Origin: Amoebidium appalachense
Taxonomy: Eukaryota > Protista > Ichthyosporea
Direction of reading: 5' to 3'
DNA length: 64,000 bases
Assembly: GCA_963693365.1 (NCBI GenBank)
Contig: CAVNZM010000013.1
Location: 3,562,722-3,626,721, forward strand
Both the position numbers and the translations under genes were made by a program. Under the pieces are notes generated by a model. It made no database searches. It was not told the DNA's origin and worked only from the letters and a program-made list of their open reading frames with translations. Below, piece after piece: positions 40,442 through 64,000 of this stretch. Position 1 is the first letter of the stretch; the number at the start of each line of letters is the position of its first letter.

Positions 40442-41459
40442 AGGTTTTATTTGTGGAAATTATTGACATAAATATTTTTCTGGGTAAACACGTAGGATGG
40501 GTGTCCGATATCAACAGGCTTTGTTTCATGTTTTAGCAGTTCGCGTTCGGCTGCCCGCATACGGGCACCTATTAGCCGATCAAAACATCAGATTCCACAG
40601 ATCACTAGACCGAGTCTGATTGGCTCAGGATAAGATTTCACATAACACTAGATCGGTTTTGATTGGCTCAGTTCGGTAGCCGTAGGTATATAAGCACGAC
40701 AGTTTTTAGCAGATCTCGGACCTACTCGACCTCACTTCCCACCCAAAGCCCACCATCACCATTCGGGACCTCCAGTCCCTCCTCGGCAAACTCACCTGGT
40801 GTGCCCAGCTGGTTCCCCCCGGGAGGGCCTTCTCCCAGCACCTATGGGCCCTTCTCCGGACCCACCCACACCTTGCCGGCCACCACCACATACGACTGAC
40901 TGCTGCCGCCCGGGCCGACATAGCCGAATGGCACCAGTTCCTCACATCATGGAATGGGGTGCACCTCATCACACCCCCCACATACACCACCCTGGCCACC
41001 GATGCTGCCGGATCGGTGGGTCTAGGAGGCCACTGGCTCGACCAATGGTTCTTCATGCCCTGGTCCCCCTCCACCCAAGCCCTCTATGCTCATGAGGGTA
41101 AACTCGGTTCTTCCGTCATTGACCTCCTGGCCATCGCAGCCGCCGTGGCCCTCTGGGCCCCCTCCTGGTCCACCCACCATGTCCGTATTTTATGCGACAA
41201 CACGGGTGCTGTGTCTGACCTACACTCCCGGTCTTCCCCCCACCCCGTGATGGCCAAACTTATTCGGTTCATCACCCGCATGGAAATGCAATACCAATTT
41301 ACGTTACAGGCATCCTACCTACCAGGACCCCTCAACCATCTGGCCGATGCCATTTCTCGTAACCAACTTCCCCGGGCCCGACGACTCCGACCTTCCCTGC
41401 AACCGGAGCCCTGCCCCTTCCCCTCCTGGGTCCACGAGTTCCTATCCCTTCCCTTGGGC

Positions 41460-41491
<32 letters not shown>

Positions 41492-43230
41492 AGATCTCCC
41501 GTTCCGGAGCAACGCTGGCAGATTGGCCCCCCACTTTGCTCCGGCCGAGCTGCTTCGAGCCACCACTACCCTGCAGGAATGCCAGGCCCTGAGTCTCAAC
41601 CTCGACTCTCGGGCCTTTTACTCCCGGGTGCAGAAAGTGTTCATCGATTTCTGTGTGGCATCTCGGCTGCAATCCCCCTCCGGGTCCTCCCTCCCGGCCT
41701 CCCCACACACCGTGCAACGTTTTCTCGCCTGGTGTGCCCAACGAGGGGTACAGGCCTCTTCCTTAACCGGCTACAATTCGGCCATCACCAGGCTCCACCT
41801 CGACATGGGCCTCCCTGCTCCCTACCCCCACGACAAGTCTCTGGCCTGGTTCCTACGGGGGGTGGGCAGATGGCAGCTTTCTCACAACATCCGACCCCGC
41901 TCATCAACCAGGGAACCCCTCCTGCCCTCCCACCTCAGCCTACTTCATGGCCAGTGCCCCACAAAGGCCTCCTCGGCCAATCTCCGGCTATGGACAGCCC
42001 TCATCGTCGGTTTCTGTGGTCTCCTCCGTTCAGGGGAATTTACCTCCAAGACCCTGACTTCTTTCAACCCGTCCCGTCACGTTAAACGGAAAGACGTGAC
42101 CTTCACCTACACCCCCACCGGTACTTTGTCCCATGCCACCCTCCACCTGCCAACCTCTAAGACGGATGTACAGGCCCGAGGTGTCAACGTCACTCTAGCT
42201 GCCCTGCCCCTCACCCATTTCTCCCCAGCCCATCTCCTCCGGCAGTTCCTGCATACAACGTCCGGTCAACCCGACGACCCCCTCTTCAGTCTCGGTGGCA
42301 TCCCCTACACCAAGAGTGCTTTCTCTGCCGACTTCCGTGCCCTGCTCTCCCGGGCAGGCCTCTCACCCTCCCGGTTTGCCGGACACAGCCTCCGCATCGG
42401 GGGGGCCACAGCACTGGCTGAGGCCGGGGTCGACGACTCCCGGATCAAACAACTCGGCAGGTGGTCCTCCGACTGTTTCCTGATCTATACACGACTTCGT
42501 CCGGCCTCCATTGCTGCCACTACCACACGTGTATTCGCCTCTATTCTTAAGTGAAACCTTTGGAGCAAGCATGCTGCTCTCGTGCCGTGGTTTACAACCA
42601 TTGCAGGTTCACTTTCGTCCAAGGGGATGTCCCCCTAGAGGCAACACACGTCCCGGAGTAGTTTTCATAGAGGTTTTATTTGTGGAAATTATTGACATAA
42701 ATATTTTTCTGGGTAAACACGTAGGATGGGTGTCCGATATCAACAGGCTTTGTTTCATGTTTTAGCAGTTCGCGTTCGGCTGCCCGCATACGGGCACCTA
42801 TTAGCCGATCAAAACATCAGATTCCACAGATCACTAGACCGAGTCTGATTGGCTCAGGATAAGATTTCACATAACACTAGATCGGTTTTGATTGGCTCAG
42901 TTCGGTAGCCGTAGGTATATAAGCACGACAGTTTTTAGCAGATCAGCAGGCAACAACACATCTTCTGTGTTTAGCACCTACAGCTTTACAGCTATATTTT
43001 CTTTTCACCCACCCACCTACACCCTACACTCAACCCCCATTGATCCCCACATACGTGCTGTTTTTTCACGGGGCGAAGACTTCCCCCGTTTTTTGGGCAC
43101 AAGGACCTCACGGATCAATAAATTGATGACTGGGGGCCTGCCGTGGTTTACAACCATTGCAGGTTCACTTTCGTCCAAGGGGATGTCCCCCTAGAGGCAA
43201 CACACGTCCCGGAGTAGTTTTTATAGAGGT
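40442..43230 (+). mobile_element. Ngaro-like copy 3: internally deleted (no gag, most of RT missing), termini and YR intact
   Basis: A1 is cut at ~40715 and fused to the RT position equivalent to 5752; then RH, YR, B1-A2-B2. AGGT occurs at both junctions. Confidence 0.9.
41494..42554 (+). CDS. Tyrosine recombinase, intact reading frame
   Basis: Catalytic set LLRSGEF (R), SKTD (K), GHSLRIGGAT (H-x-x-R), LGRWSS (W), FLIYTR (Y). No N-terminal ATG; preceded by CTAAC-polyC-CAG. Confidence 0.92.
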
Positions 43231-43727
43231 AAATAAAGTATGGAGGCAAGACCCTGTGGGTCTGGTGCTCTTTGTCCTATGGCTGCTGTTGTTTCCGTGT
43301 TTCGTTTCTGTGTTGCTCTTATAGCACATGAATGATCATGTGCATGTTTAGCACCCATAGGTGGGTACCGGCTCTTTGTCCTGTTAAGGTAAATAAAGTA
43401 TGGAGGCAAGACCCTGTGGGTCTGGGGCTCTTTGTCCTATGGCTGCTGTTGTTTCCGTGTTTCGTTTCTGTGTTGCTCTTGGGGTGGTATATTAGTTGTG
43501 TTGTTTACTTGTGTGCTTGATGCCACTATCCAACCGAAGTTAATAAAGTGACCATACGGAACACGTATGGATGTCGACATGTGCAATACATTGACAATTC
43601 ATTGATAATGATCATGGGGCTGTGCTTACCGTACCGTGTGCATATTGCCAATATATTGAGCATGTGATTGAGGTATCAATAAAGCTATTATTAATACATT
43701 GGCAATGTTCGTCATACGTATTATTCT

Positions 43728-46213
43728 TCTATGAAAACTACTCCGGGACGTGTGTTGCCTCTAGGGGGACATCCCCTTGGACGAAAGTGAACCTGCAATG
43801 GTTGTAAACCACGGCAAGCCCCCAGTCATCAATTTATTGATCCGTGAGGTCCTTGTGCCCAAAAAACGGGGGAAGTCTTCGCCCCGTGAAAAAACAGCAC
43901 GTACTAGTATGTGGGGATCAATGGGGGTTGAGTGTAGGGTGTAGGTGGGTGGGTGAAAAAGAAAAATATAGCTGTAAAGCTGTAGGTGCTAAACACAGAA
44001 GATGTGTTTGTTGCTTGCTGATCTGCTAAAAACTGTCGTGCTTATATACCTAAGGCTACCGATCTGAGCCAATCAAAATCGATCTAGTGTTATGTGAAAT
44101 CTGATCCTGAGCCAATCAAACTCGGTCTAGTGATCTGTGGAATCTGATGTTTTGATCGGCTAATAGGTGCCCGTATGCGGGCAGCCGAACGCGAACTGCT
44201 AAAACATGAAACGAAGTCTGTTGATATCGGACACCCATCCTACGTGTTTACCCAGAAAAATATTTATGTCAATAATTTCCACAAATAAAACCTCTATGAA
44301 AACTACTCCGGGACGTGTGTTGCCTCTAGGGGGACATCCCCTTGGACGAAAGTGAACCTGCAATGGTTGTAAACCACGGCACGAGAGCAGTATGCTTGCT
44401 CCAAAGGTTTCACTTAAGAATAGAGGCGAATACACGTGTGGTAGTGGCAGCAATGGAGGCCGGACGAAGGCGGGTATAAATCAGGAAACAGTCGGAGGAC
44501 CACCTGCCGAGTTGTTTGATCCGGGAGTCGTCGACCCCGGCCTCAGCCAGTGCTGTGGCCCCCCCTATGCGGAGGCTGTGGCCGGCAAACCGGGAGGGTG
44601 AGAGGCCTGCCCGGGAGAGGAGGGCACGGAAGTCGGCAGAGAAAGCACCCTTGGTGTAGGGAATGCCACCGAGACTGAACAGGGGGTCGTCGGGTTGACC
44701 GGACGTTGTATCCAGGAATTGCCGGAGGAGATGGGCTGGGGAGAAGTGGGTGAGGGGCAGGGCAGCTAGAGTGACGTTGACACCTCGGGCCTGTACATCC
44801 GTCTTGGAGGTTGGCAGGTGGAGGGTGGCATGGGACAAAGTACCGGTGGGGGTGTAGCTGAAGGTCACATCCTTCCGTTTAACGTGACGGGACGGGTCAA
44901 AGGAAGTCAGGGTTTTGGAGGTAAATTCCCCCGAACGGAGGAGACCACAGAAACCGACGATGAGGGCCGTCCATAGCCGTAGATTGGCCGAGGAGGCCTT
45001 GTTGGGGCACTGGTCATGGAGTATGCTGAGGTGGGAGGGCAGGAGGGGCTCCCTGGTGGATGATCGGGGTCGGATGTTGAGAGAAAGCTGCCATCTGCCC
45101 ACCCCTCGGAGGAACCAGGCCAGAGACTTGTCGTGGGGGTAGGGAGCAGGGAGGCCCATGTCGAGGTGGAGTCTGGTGATGGCCGAATTGTAGCCGGCCA
45201 AGGAAGAGGCCTGTACCCCTCGTTGGGCACACCAGGCGAGAAAAAGCTGCACGGTGTGGGGGGAGGCCGGGAGGGAGGACCCGGCGGAGGATTGCAGCCG
45301 AGATGCCACACAAAAATCGATGAATACTTTTTTTTTTTTTGCACCCGGGAGTAAAAGGCCCGAGAGTCGAGGTTGAGACTCAAGGCCTGGCATTCCTGCA
45401 GGGTAGTGGTGGCACGAAGCAGCTCGGCTGGAGCAAAGTGGGGGGCCAATCGGCCAGCGTTGCTCCGGAAGGGGAGATAGGTAAGGTCGGAGTCGTCGGG
45501 TCCGGGGAAGTTGGTTACGGAGGAGCTGCGCGGCGAATGATTGGGCTGGGTAGGGGGGCCAGCAGCTCCCGGAGGCGGGAGGTGTCAACGTGGTGTTGGG
45601 GCAGCGGGCGGGCCTCCGGGGGCTGAGCCTCGGGGGAAGGGGTGGTTAGCAAGGGTGGGGCACCCTCGGGGAGATCCCGGCATCGGGGGGGGGGGGGGGG
45701 CAGCAGGGCCCCGGTGGGTTTAGAGTAGGGCAGCTGGGCCCGAGGGAGGGTTTGCAGGGAGGGCAGCGGGGCCCTGTGCAGGGGATGCCCGAGCACGCGC
45801 GGGTGTGGGCGTACACAGAGTTAGAAGAAGGGGGGGGGGAGGGAGTGCTAGGTGAGTGTAAGGGGGGGAGGCTCGTGGGATGGGGGGGGGGGAGTAAAAT
45901 TATGTGCAGTGGCCAGAATAACGTCTTTGTGTAGGGACATTTATTCTTGGCGCGCGCGGGCGCCGTAGTTGGCCTGCGAAAATTGTTACTCAGCCCTAGT
46001 GCCCCGTTTTTCCCGAGCTCCGTGTCCTTGGACCCGTGTAACCTAGCTCCTAGCCCCTATGTTCTATCTGTGGGTGTGGGTGTGCGCGTAGACTAGGCAT
46101 TGTGCTTACAGTCTTTGCGGGGGTGTGTGCCAGAGCAGAGCGGGCACACGTGGGAGAAGGGGCAGGGCTGCTTAGCGCAGGACCGACCGTTGTGGAAATT
46201 CCTGCAGTGTGTC
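43728..46213 (-). mobile_element. Ngaro-like copy 4, inverted and rearranged
   Basis: Minus-strand gag end, intergenic region, RT start deleted to RH end, YR (44410-45480), then B1-A2-B2 ending at 43728. Confidence 0.85.
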
Positions 46214-49200
46214 GCCAATAGGGCCGAGTACAAAATTTCGCAGGCCAACTACGGCGCCCGCGCGCGTCAAGAATAAATGTCCCTACACAAAGACGTTTAT
46301 TCTGGCCACTGCACATAATTTTACTCCCCCCCCCCCCAATCCCACGAGCCTCCCCCCCCCCCTTACACTCACCTAGCACTCCCTCCCCCCTTCTTCTACC
46401 TCTGTGTCCGCCCACACCCCCGCGTGCTCGGGCACATTCCCCTGCACAGGGCCCCGCTGCCCTCCCTGCCAACCCTCCCTCGGGCCCAGCTGCCCTACTC
46501 TAACCCCCGCTCCCCCCCGCGGATGTGCTGGCAGATTTGCGCGCCAATCGTTTCGTCGACCTGTATAAGTTCACCCCCGCAGCCCTCCTGGCCCCATCCA
46601 AGAAAGGTCAGCAGCTACGCATGGCCGACGACGGCAGCATCGAGACTTTTCGCCATGACAAACCCGTTCCCCTGCGTTCACTCGTCATTTGGATCCAAGC
46701 TTGGACCCATTACATGGCCGCCAAGCACCACCTCGGCCTCCCCACGGACAAGGACGTACTTTGGACTCAGCACCTCACTCGCCTCAGCACCCGATACCCG
46801 TGGGCCCAGATCCACAACTATGCCGTATACGCCCGTACCGTTGCCCACCAGCAGGGTCGGGCTCCGATCGAGTGTCCCAACCTGCTCGCCCAACTCCACC
46901 AGGATCTCCTCCTGCCACCCACTCTGCTCATCCCGGACGCATGTCAGCGCTGTGGCTTCCCCGACCACCCCAGCGCGGCCTGCCCCATGTACCCCAAGCC
47001 CGGCTGTGGTCTTGACGGCTTTAAGCCGCCCCACAAGCCCGGAGGGGGTCAAACCCCTAACCGCCCTGGCCCGCAACCCGGCCCGGCCAAACCGGCCCGA
47101 CCCGTGGATCTACCCGCGTCGGACGCACTGCAGGAATTTCCACATTAACGGTCGGTCCTGCGCTCAGCAGCCCTGCCCCTTCTCCCACGTGTGCCCGCTC
47201 TGCTCTGGCACACACCCCCGCAAAGACTGCAAGCACAATGCCTAGTCTACGCGCACACCCACACACACAGCTAGAACATAGGGGCTAGGAGCTAGGACAC
47301 ACGGGTACAAGGAAACGGAGCTCGGGAGAACGGGCCAATAGGGCTGAGTACAAAATTTCGCAGGCCAACTACGGCGCCCGCGCGCGCCAAGAATAAATGT
47401 CCCTACACAAAGACGTTTATTCTGGCCACTGCACATAATTTTACTCCCCCCCCCATCCCACGAGCCTCCCCCCCTTACACTCACCTAGCACTCCCTCCCC
47501 CCCCCTTCTTCTACGGTACTCTGTGTCCACCCACATGTGGGCACCTTCCCCTGCACAGGGCCCCGCTGCCCTCCCTGCCAACCCTCCCTCGGGCCCAGCT
47601 GCCCTACTCTAACCCCCCGGGGCCCTGCTGCCCCCCCCCCCCCCCCCCCCCCCCCCTCCCCCCCCGCTGCCGGGATCTCCCCGAGGGTGCCCCACCCTTG
47701 CTAACCACCCCCTTCCCCCGAGGCTCAGACCCGGAGGCCCGCCCGCTGCCCCAGCACCACATTGACACCTCCCGCCTCCGGGAGCTGCTGGCCTCCTACC
47801 CAGACCAATCATTCGCCGCACAGCTCCTCCACGATATCGAATTCGGTGTCGACATCGGCTATCGCGGCCCCTCCACCTCTCGGGTGGGCCCCAACCTACC
47901 CACCACCCCGGAGGCAGCTGCCGCTATCACGGCGGATATTGCCAAAGAAGTCGCCCTCGGCCACCTGCGCGGCCCCCTCTCCCCGGCCCAATTCTTTGAC
48001 GAATTTCCGATCCACCGTTCCTCCCCCATCGGCGCCGTTACCAAGAAAGGGAACCCCCCCAAGTACCGTCGAATCCACCACCTCTCCTGGCCCCGGGGCA
48101 GCAGTGTCAATGACAGCATCACCTACCCCGACGAACTTCAGTACATTCGCGCCCGGGATGTCACCCAGCTCATTCTCGACGCAGGCCCCGGCTGCTACAT
48201 GGCCGTGGCAGATGTGCAGGCTGCCTTCCGGCACATGCCCATCCGACCAGAAGAACATCACTTAATGGCATTCAAATGGCAGGGGCATTTTTACGTTGAA
48301 ACCAGACTGCCCTTCGGCCTGAAATGGCCAGCCATCTGGGAACGGATCGCAGCCACCCTACAGTGGCTGGCACACCAGCACGGTGTTACCCTCATCCGCC
48401 ACTACGTCGACGACTGGATTATAGTCGCCCCCACCCAAGAGCAGTGCCAACGTCACCTATCCACCTTCCTGCAACTCTGCCGAGAGCTGCACATTGCCAT
48501 CTCCGAAGACAAGATGCAGGGCCCGGCTACCCGTATCGTCTTCATCGGTATCGAATTCGACTCCATCGCCATGGAGGCACGAATCCCGGCTTCCAAGCTC
48601 TCGGACCTACTCGACCTCACTTCCCACCCAAAGCCCACCATCACCATTCGGGACCTCCAATCCCTCCTCGGCAAACTCACCTGGTGTGCCCAGCTGGTTC
48701 CCCCCGGGAGGGCCTTCTCCCAGCGCCTATGGCCCCTTCTCCGGACCCATCCACACCTTGCCGGCCACAACCACATACGGCTGACTGCTGCCACCCGGGC
48801 CGACATAGCCGAGTGGCACCAGTTCCTCACATCATGGAATGGGGTGCACCTCATCACACCCCCCACATACACCACCCTGGCCACCGATGCTGCCGGATCA
48901 GTGGGTCTAGGAGGCCACTGGCTCGACCATTGGTTTTTCATGCCCTGGTCCCCCTCCACCCAAGCCCTCTATGCTCATGAGGGTAAACTCGGTTCTTCCG
49001 TCATCGAACTCCTGGCCATCGCAGCCGCCGTGGCCCTCTGGGCCCCCTCCTGGTCCACCCACCATGTCCGTATTTTATGCGACAACACGGGTGCTGTGTC
49101 TGACCTGCACTCCCGGTCTTCCCCCCGCCCCGTAATGGCCAAACTTAATCGGTTCATCACCCGCATGGAAATGCAATACCAATTTACGTTACATGCATCC

Positions 49201-50096
49201 TACCTACCAGGACCCCTCAGCCATCTAGCCGATGCAATTTCTCGTAACCAACTTCCCTGGGCCCGACGACTCCGACCTTCCCTGCAACCGGAGCCCTGCC
49301 CCTTCCCCTCCTGGGTCCACAAGTTCCTATCCCTTCCCCTGGGCTAACCCCCCCATTGCTGCCACTACCACACGTGTATTCGCCTCTATTCTTAAGCTTA
49401 AGTGAAACCTTTGGAGCAAGCATACTGCTCTCGTGCCGTGGTTTACAACCATTGCAGGTTCACTTTCGTCCAAGGGGATGTCCCCCTAGAGGCAACACAC
49501 GTCCCGGAGTAGTTTTCATAGAGGTTTTATTTGTGGAAATTATTGACATAAATATTTTTCTGGGTAAACACGTAGGATGGGTGTCCGATATCAACATAAC
49601 CATGTAGGCTTCGAATTCGTTTCATGTTTTAGCAGTTCGCGTTCGGCTGCCCGCATACGGGCACCTATTAGCCGATCAAAACATCAGATTCCACAGATCA
49701 CTAGACCGAGTTTGATTGGCTCAGGATCAGATTTCACATAACACTAGATCGATTTTGATTGGCTCAGTTCGGTAGCCTTAGGTATATAAGCACGACAGTT
49801 TTTAGCAGATCAGCAAGCAACAGACACATCTTCTGTGTTTAGCACCTACAGCTTTACAGCTATATTTTCTTTTTCACCCACCCACCTACACCCTACACTC
49901 AACCCCCATTGATCCCCACATACGTGCTGTTTTTTCACGGGGCGAAGACTTCCCCCGTTTTTTGGGCACAAGGACCTCACGGATCAATAAATTGATGACT
50001 GGGGGCTTGCCGTGGGTTACAACCATTGCAGGTTCACTTTCGTCCAAGGGGATGTCCCCCTAGAGGCAACACACGTCCCGGAGTAGTTTTCATAGA
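46214..50096 (+). mobile_element. Ngaro-like copy 5 (3' gag, RT/RH, YR deleted, B1-A2-B2)
   Basis: gag resumes at ~46510; RT/RH is open; YR is removed by a junction from the C-tract (49353) to the YR tail; B2 ends at 50096. Confidence 0.88.
47698..49347 (+). CDS. RT-RNase H, uninterrupted frame
   Basis: All RT and RH motifs in one 549-codon frame; small in-frame deletion gives GLKWPA instead of GLKSSPA. Confidence 0.88.
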   Translation: MLTTPFPRGSDPEARPLPQHHIDTSRLRELLASYPDQSFAAQLLHDIEFGVDIGYRGPSTSRVGPNLPTTPEAAAAITADIAKEVALGHLRGPLSPAQFFDEFPIHRSSPIGAVTKKGNPPKYRRIHHLSWPRGSSVNDSITYPDELQYIRARDVTQLILDAGPGCYMAVADVQAAFRHMPIRPEEHHLMAFKWQGHFYVETRLPFGLKWPAIWERIAATLQWLAHQHGVTLIRHYVDDWIIVAPTQEQCQRHLSTFLQLCRELHIAISEDKMQGPATRIVFIGIEFDSIAMEARIPASKLSDLLDLTSHPKPTITIRDLQSLLGKLTWCAQLVPPGRAFSQRLWPLLRTHPHLAGHNHIRLTAATRADIAEWHQFLTSWNGVHLITPPTYTTLATDAAGSVGLGGHWLDHWFFMPWSPSTQALYAHEGKLGSSVIELLAIAAAVALWAPSWSTHHVRILCDNTGAVSDLHSRSSPRPVMAKLNRFITRMEMQYQFTLHASYLPGPLSHLADAISRNQLPWARRLRPSLQPEPCPFPSWVHKFLSLPLG

Positions 50097-50904
50097 TCTT
50101 CTTTTTCGCGATTTCACCAAACCGGGCATCTGTACGACATTTATATCATATACTATCTACATTGGTGGGATAGTAAAACATGTCTCGTGTGTCCACTCTA
50201 CTATTAAAATAGCCCCCCCCCCCCCCCCCCCCGCCAACCCACTCACCCTCCCTCCGGACCCTTCCGTGCCCCGAGTCTTACCCCCCCCTCCGCTGAGATC
50301 CTCATGTGCACCTTCCTGGTCCCACCCCGACTTGCTATTTCTGGTTAGTAAGTAAAACCGGAAGTGTACACATGTGCACTGGCATACGATTATGCTCTAG
50401 TCGGCCATTCAACGTCAACAGACCAATTCGAAAGCTTAAGTTGTCTGGCACCACCGACCACTACACCACGTTGGGAACACACGCGCACGCGCCACGCACA
50501 CTGCACACGCTCCCCCCCCCCCCCCCCCCCCCTTCCCCCCCAAAACACACACACACACCGTACTACACACGCAGTCCACAAGTATCATGCACACACACAC
50601 ACACACCCACAGTAACACACCCACACAGTAACAAATTCAACCAACCACTTCTGGGAAGTTTCCGTGCATCCGGGCCGTGCCGCCATCAGATATAACCAGC
50701 ATTCAAATTTAATCACGGTACGTTTACATCATTTGCCACAGTTGCCACATTGTGTGCCAGACACAACTTGCAGAACTCCAAGCGATGATTTGGTGTAAAC
50801 TCCCAAGACAGACAACGCCCTACTGAATGTACGGTAGATTTGGTTGGAAAAACGACGCGCACAGCTAACACGGTTGTTGGCTGCATGGTGGGGGCCGGAC
50901 AGGG

Positions 50905-50963
<59 letters not shown>

Positions 50964-51180
50964 ATGATTGAAAATAAACATTGGTGGGTATCTGAGAGTC
51001 TACTAGTAGATGCATTGCCACTGAGGTAAGTTTTAAAACTTTGAGTAAGCTGAGGCATGTTTTCTTATTTTTCCTTCCTCCCACTACGCCCAACAGTCTG
51101 TACACAAATGCACACACAATCACGACTTGTCAATGAAGCAGGCACAACTAATGGTTTAGTACATGAATGCATGTACACTT

Positions 51181-51246
<66 letters not shown>

Positions 51247-51253
51247 ATCCACC

Positions 51254-63791
<12,538 letters not shown>

Positions 63792-63935
63792 CTGGTGGAA
63801 AAAAACAATGCCCCGTGTGAATACTGGGAAAAAAAACAAGACATCGAAACGAAGAAATGAACATGTGGAAGTGTCACTTATTTGAGATGTAAGGGCAGAT
63901 ACAAGAGCAAACAAGCGTTACCCTTTATCATGACA

Positions 63936-63969
<34 letters not shown>

Positions 63970-64000
63970 CCGCCCCCCCCCCCGGGGCTCTATGTTTCGA

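Larger units (their letters stand above)
30625..43727 (+). mobile_element. Putative large non-autonomous CACTA-like element (left TIR present, right end lost)
   Basis: TIR CATCAGCAAACTTCCCGGCGGTATTGCCAA with subterminal TATTGCCAA motifs; the distal part is homologous to 200-1120, which leads to the matching TIR at 1941. Continuity across 32-39.8 kb is inferred. Confidence 0.45.

Overview
Eukaryotic, repeat-rich window with long poly-C/poly-G and (CA)n tracts. The intron-rich AROM gene points to a non-metazoan eukaryote such as a fungus or unicellular holozoan, but the organism cannot be fixed from sequence alone. About 1-50 kb is a nest of transposons. It holds five full or partial copies of one tyrosine-recombinase retrotransposon family with split direct repeats (Ngaro-like: A1-gag-RT/RH-YR-B1-A2-B2). 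A very young Ty1/copia element sits in the first of these copies, and a second copia family survives as a fragment. There is also a probable large CACTA-like non-autonomous element carrying a 183-bp satellite, a 43-bp palindromic minisatellite, and an inverted-repeat unit encoding a USP-like cysteine protease. From 51.2 kb to the end lie 16 reconstructable minus-strand exons of pentafunctional AROM (end of shikimate kinase, type I DHQase, shikimate dehydrogenase). Main hunt results: (1) the AUG-less RT and YR ORFs of the Ngaro-like element appear to be expressed by alternative splicing from one phase-1 donor in gag to host-like CTAAC...CAG acceptors; (2) filled and empty integration sites in the same window define the YR crossover core; (3) a multi-copy intronic structured-RNA candidate shows strand-specific G.U pairs and a pseudoknot. 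All alignments and folds were done by eye, so coordinates may be off by a few bases.
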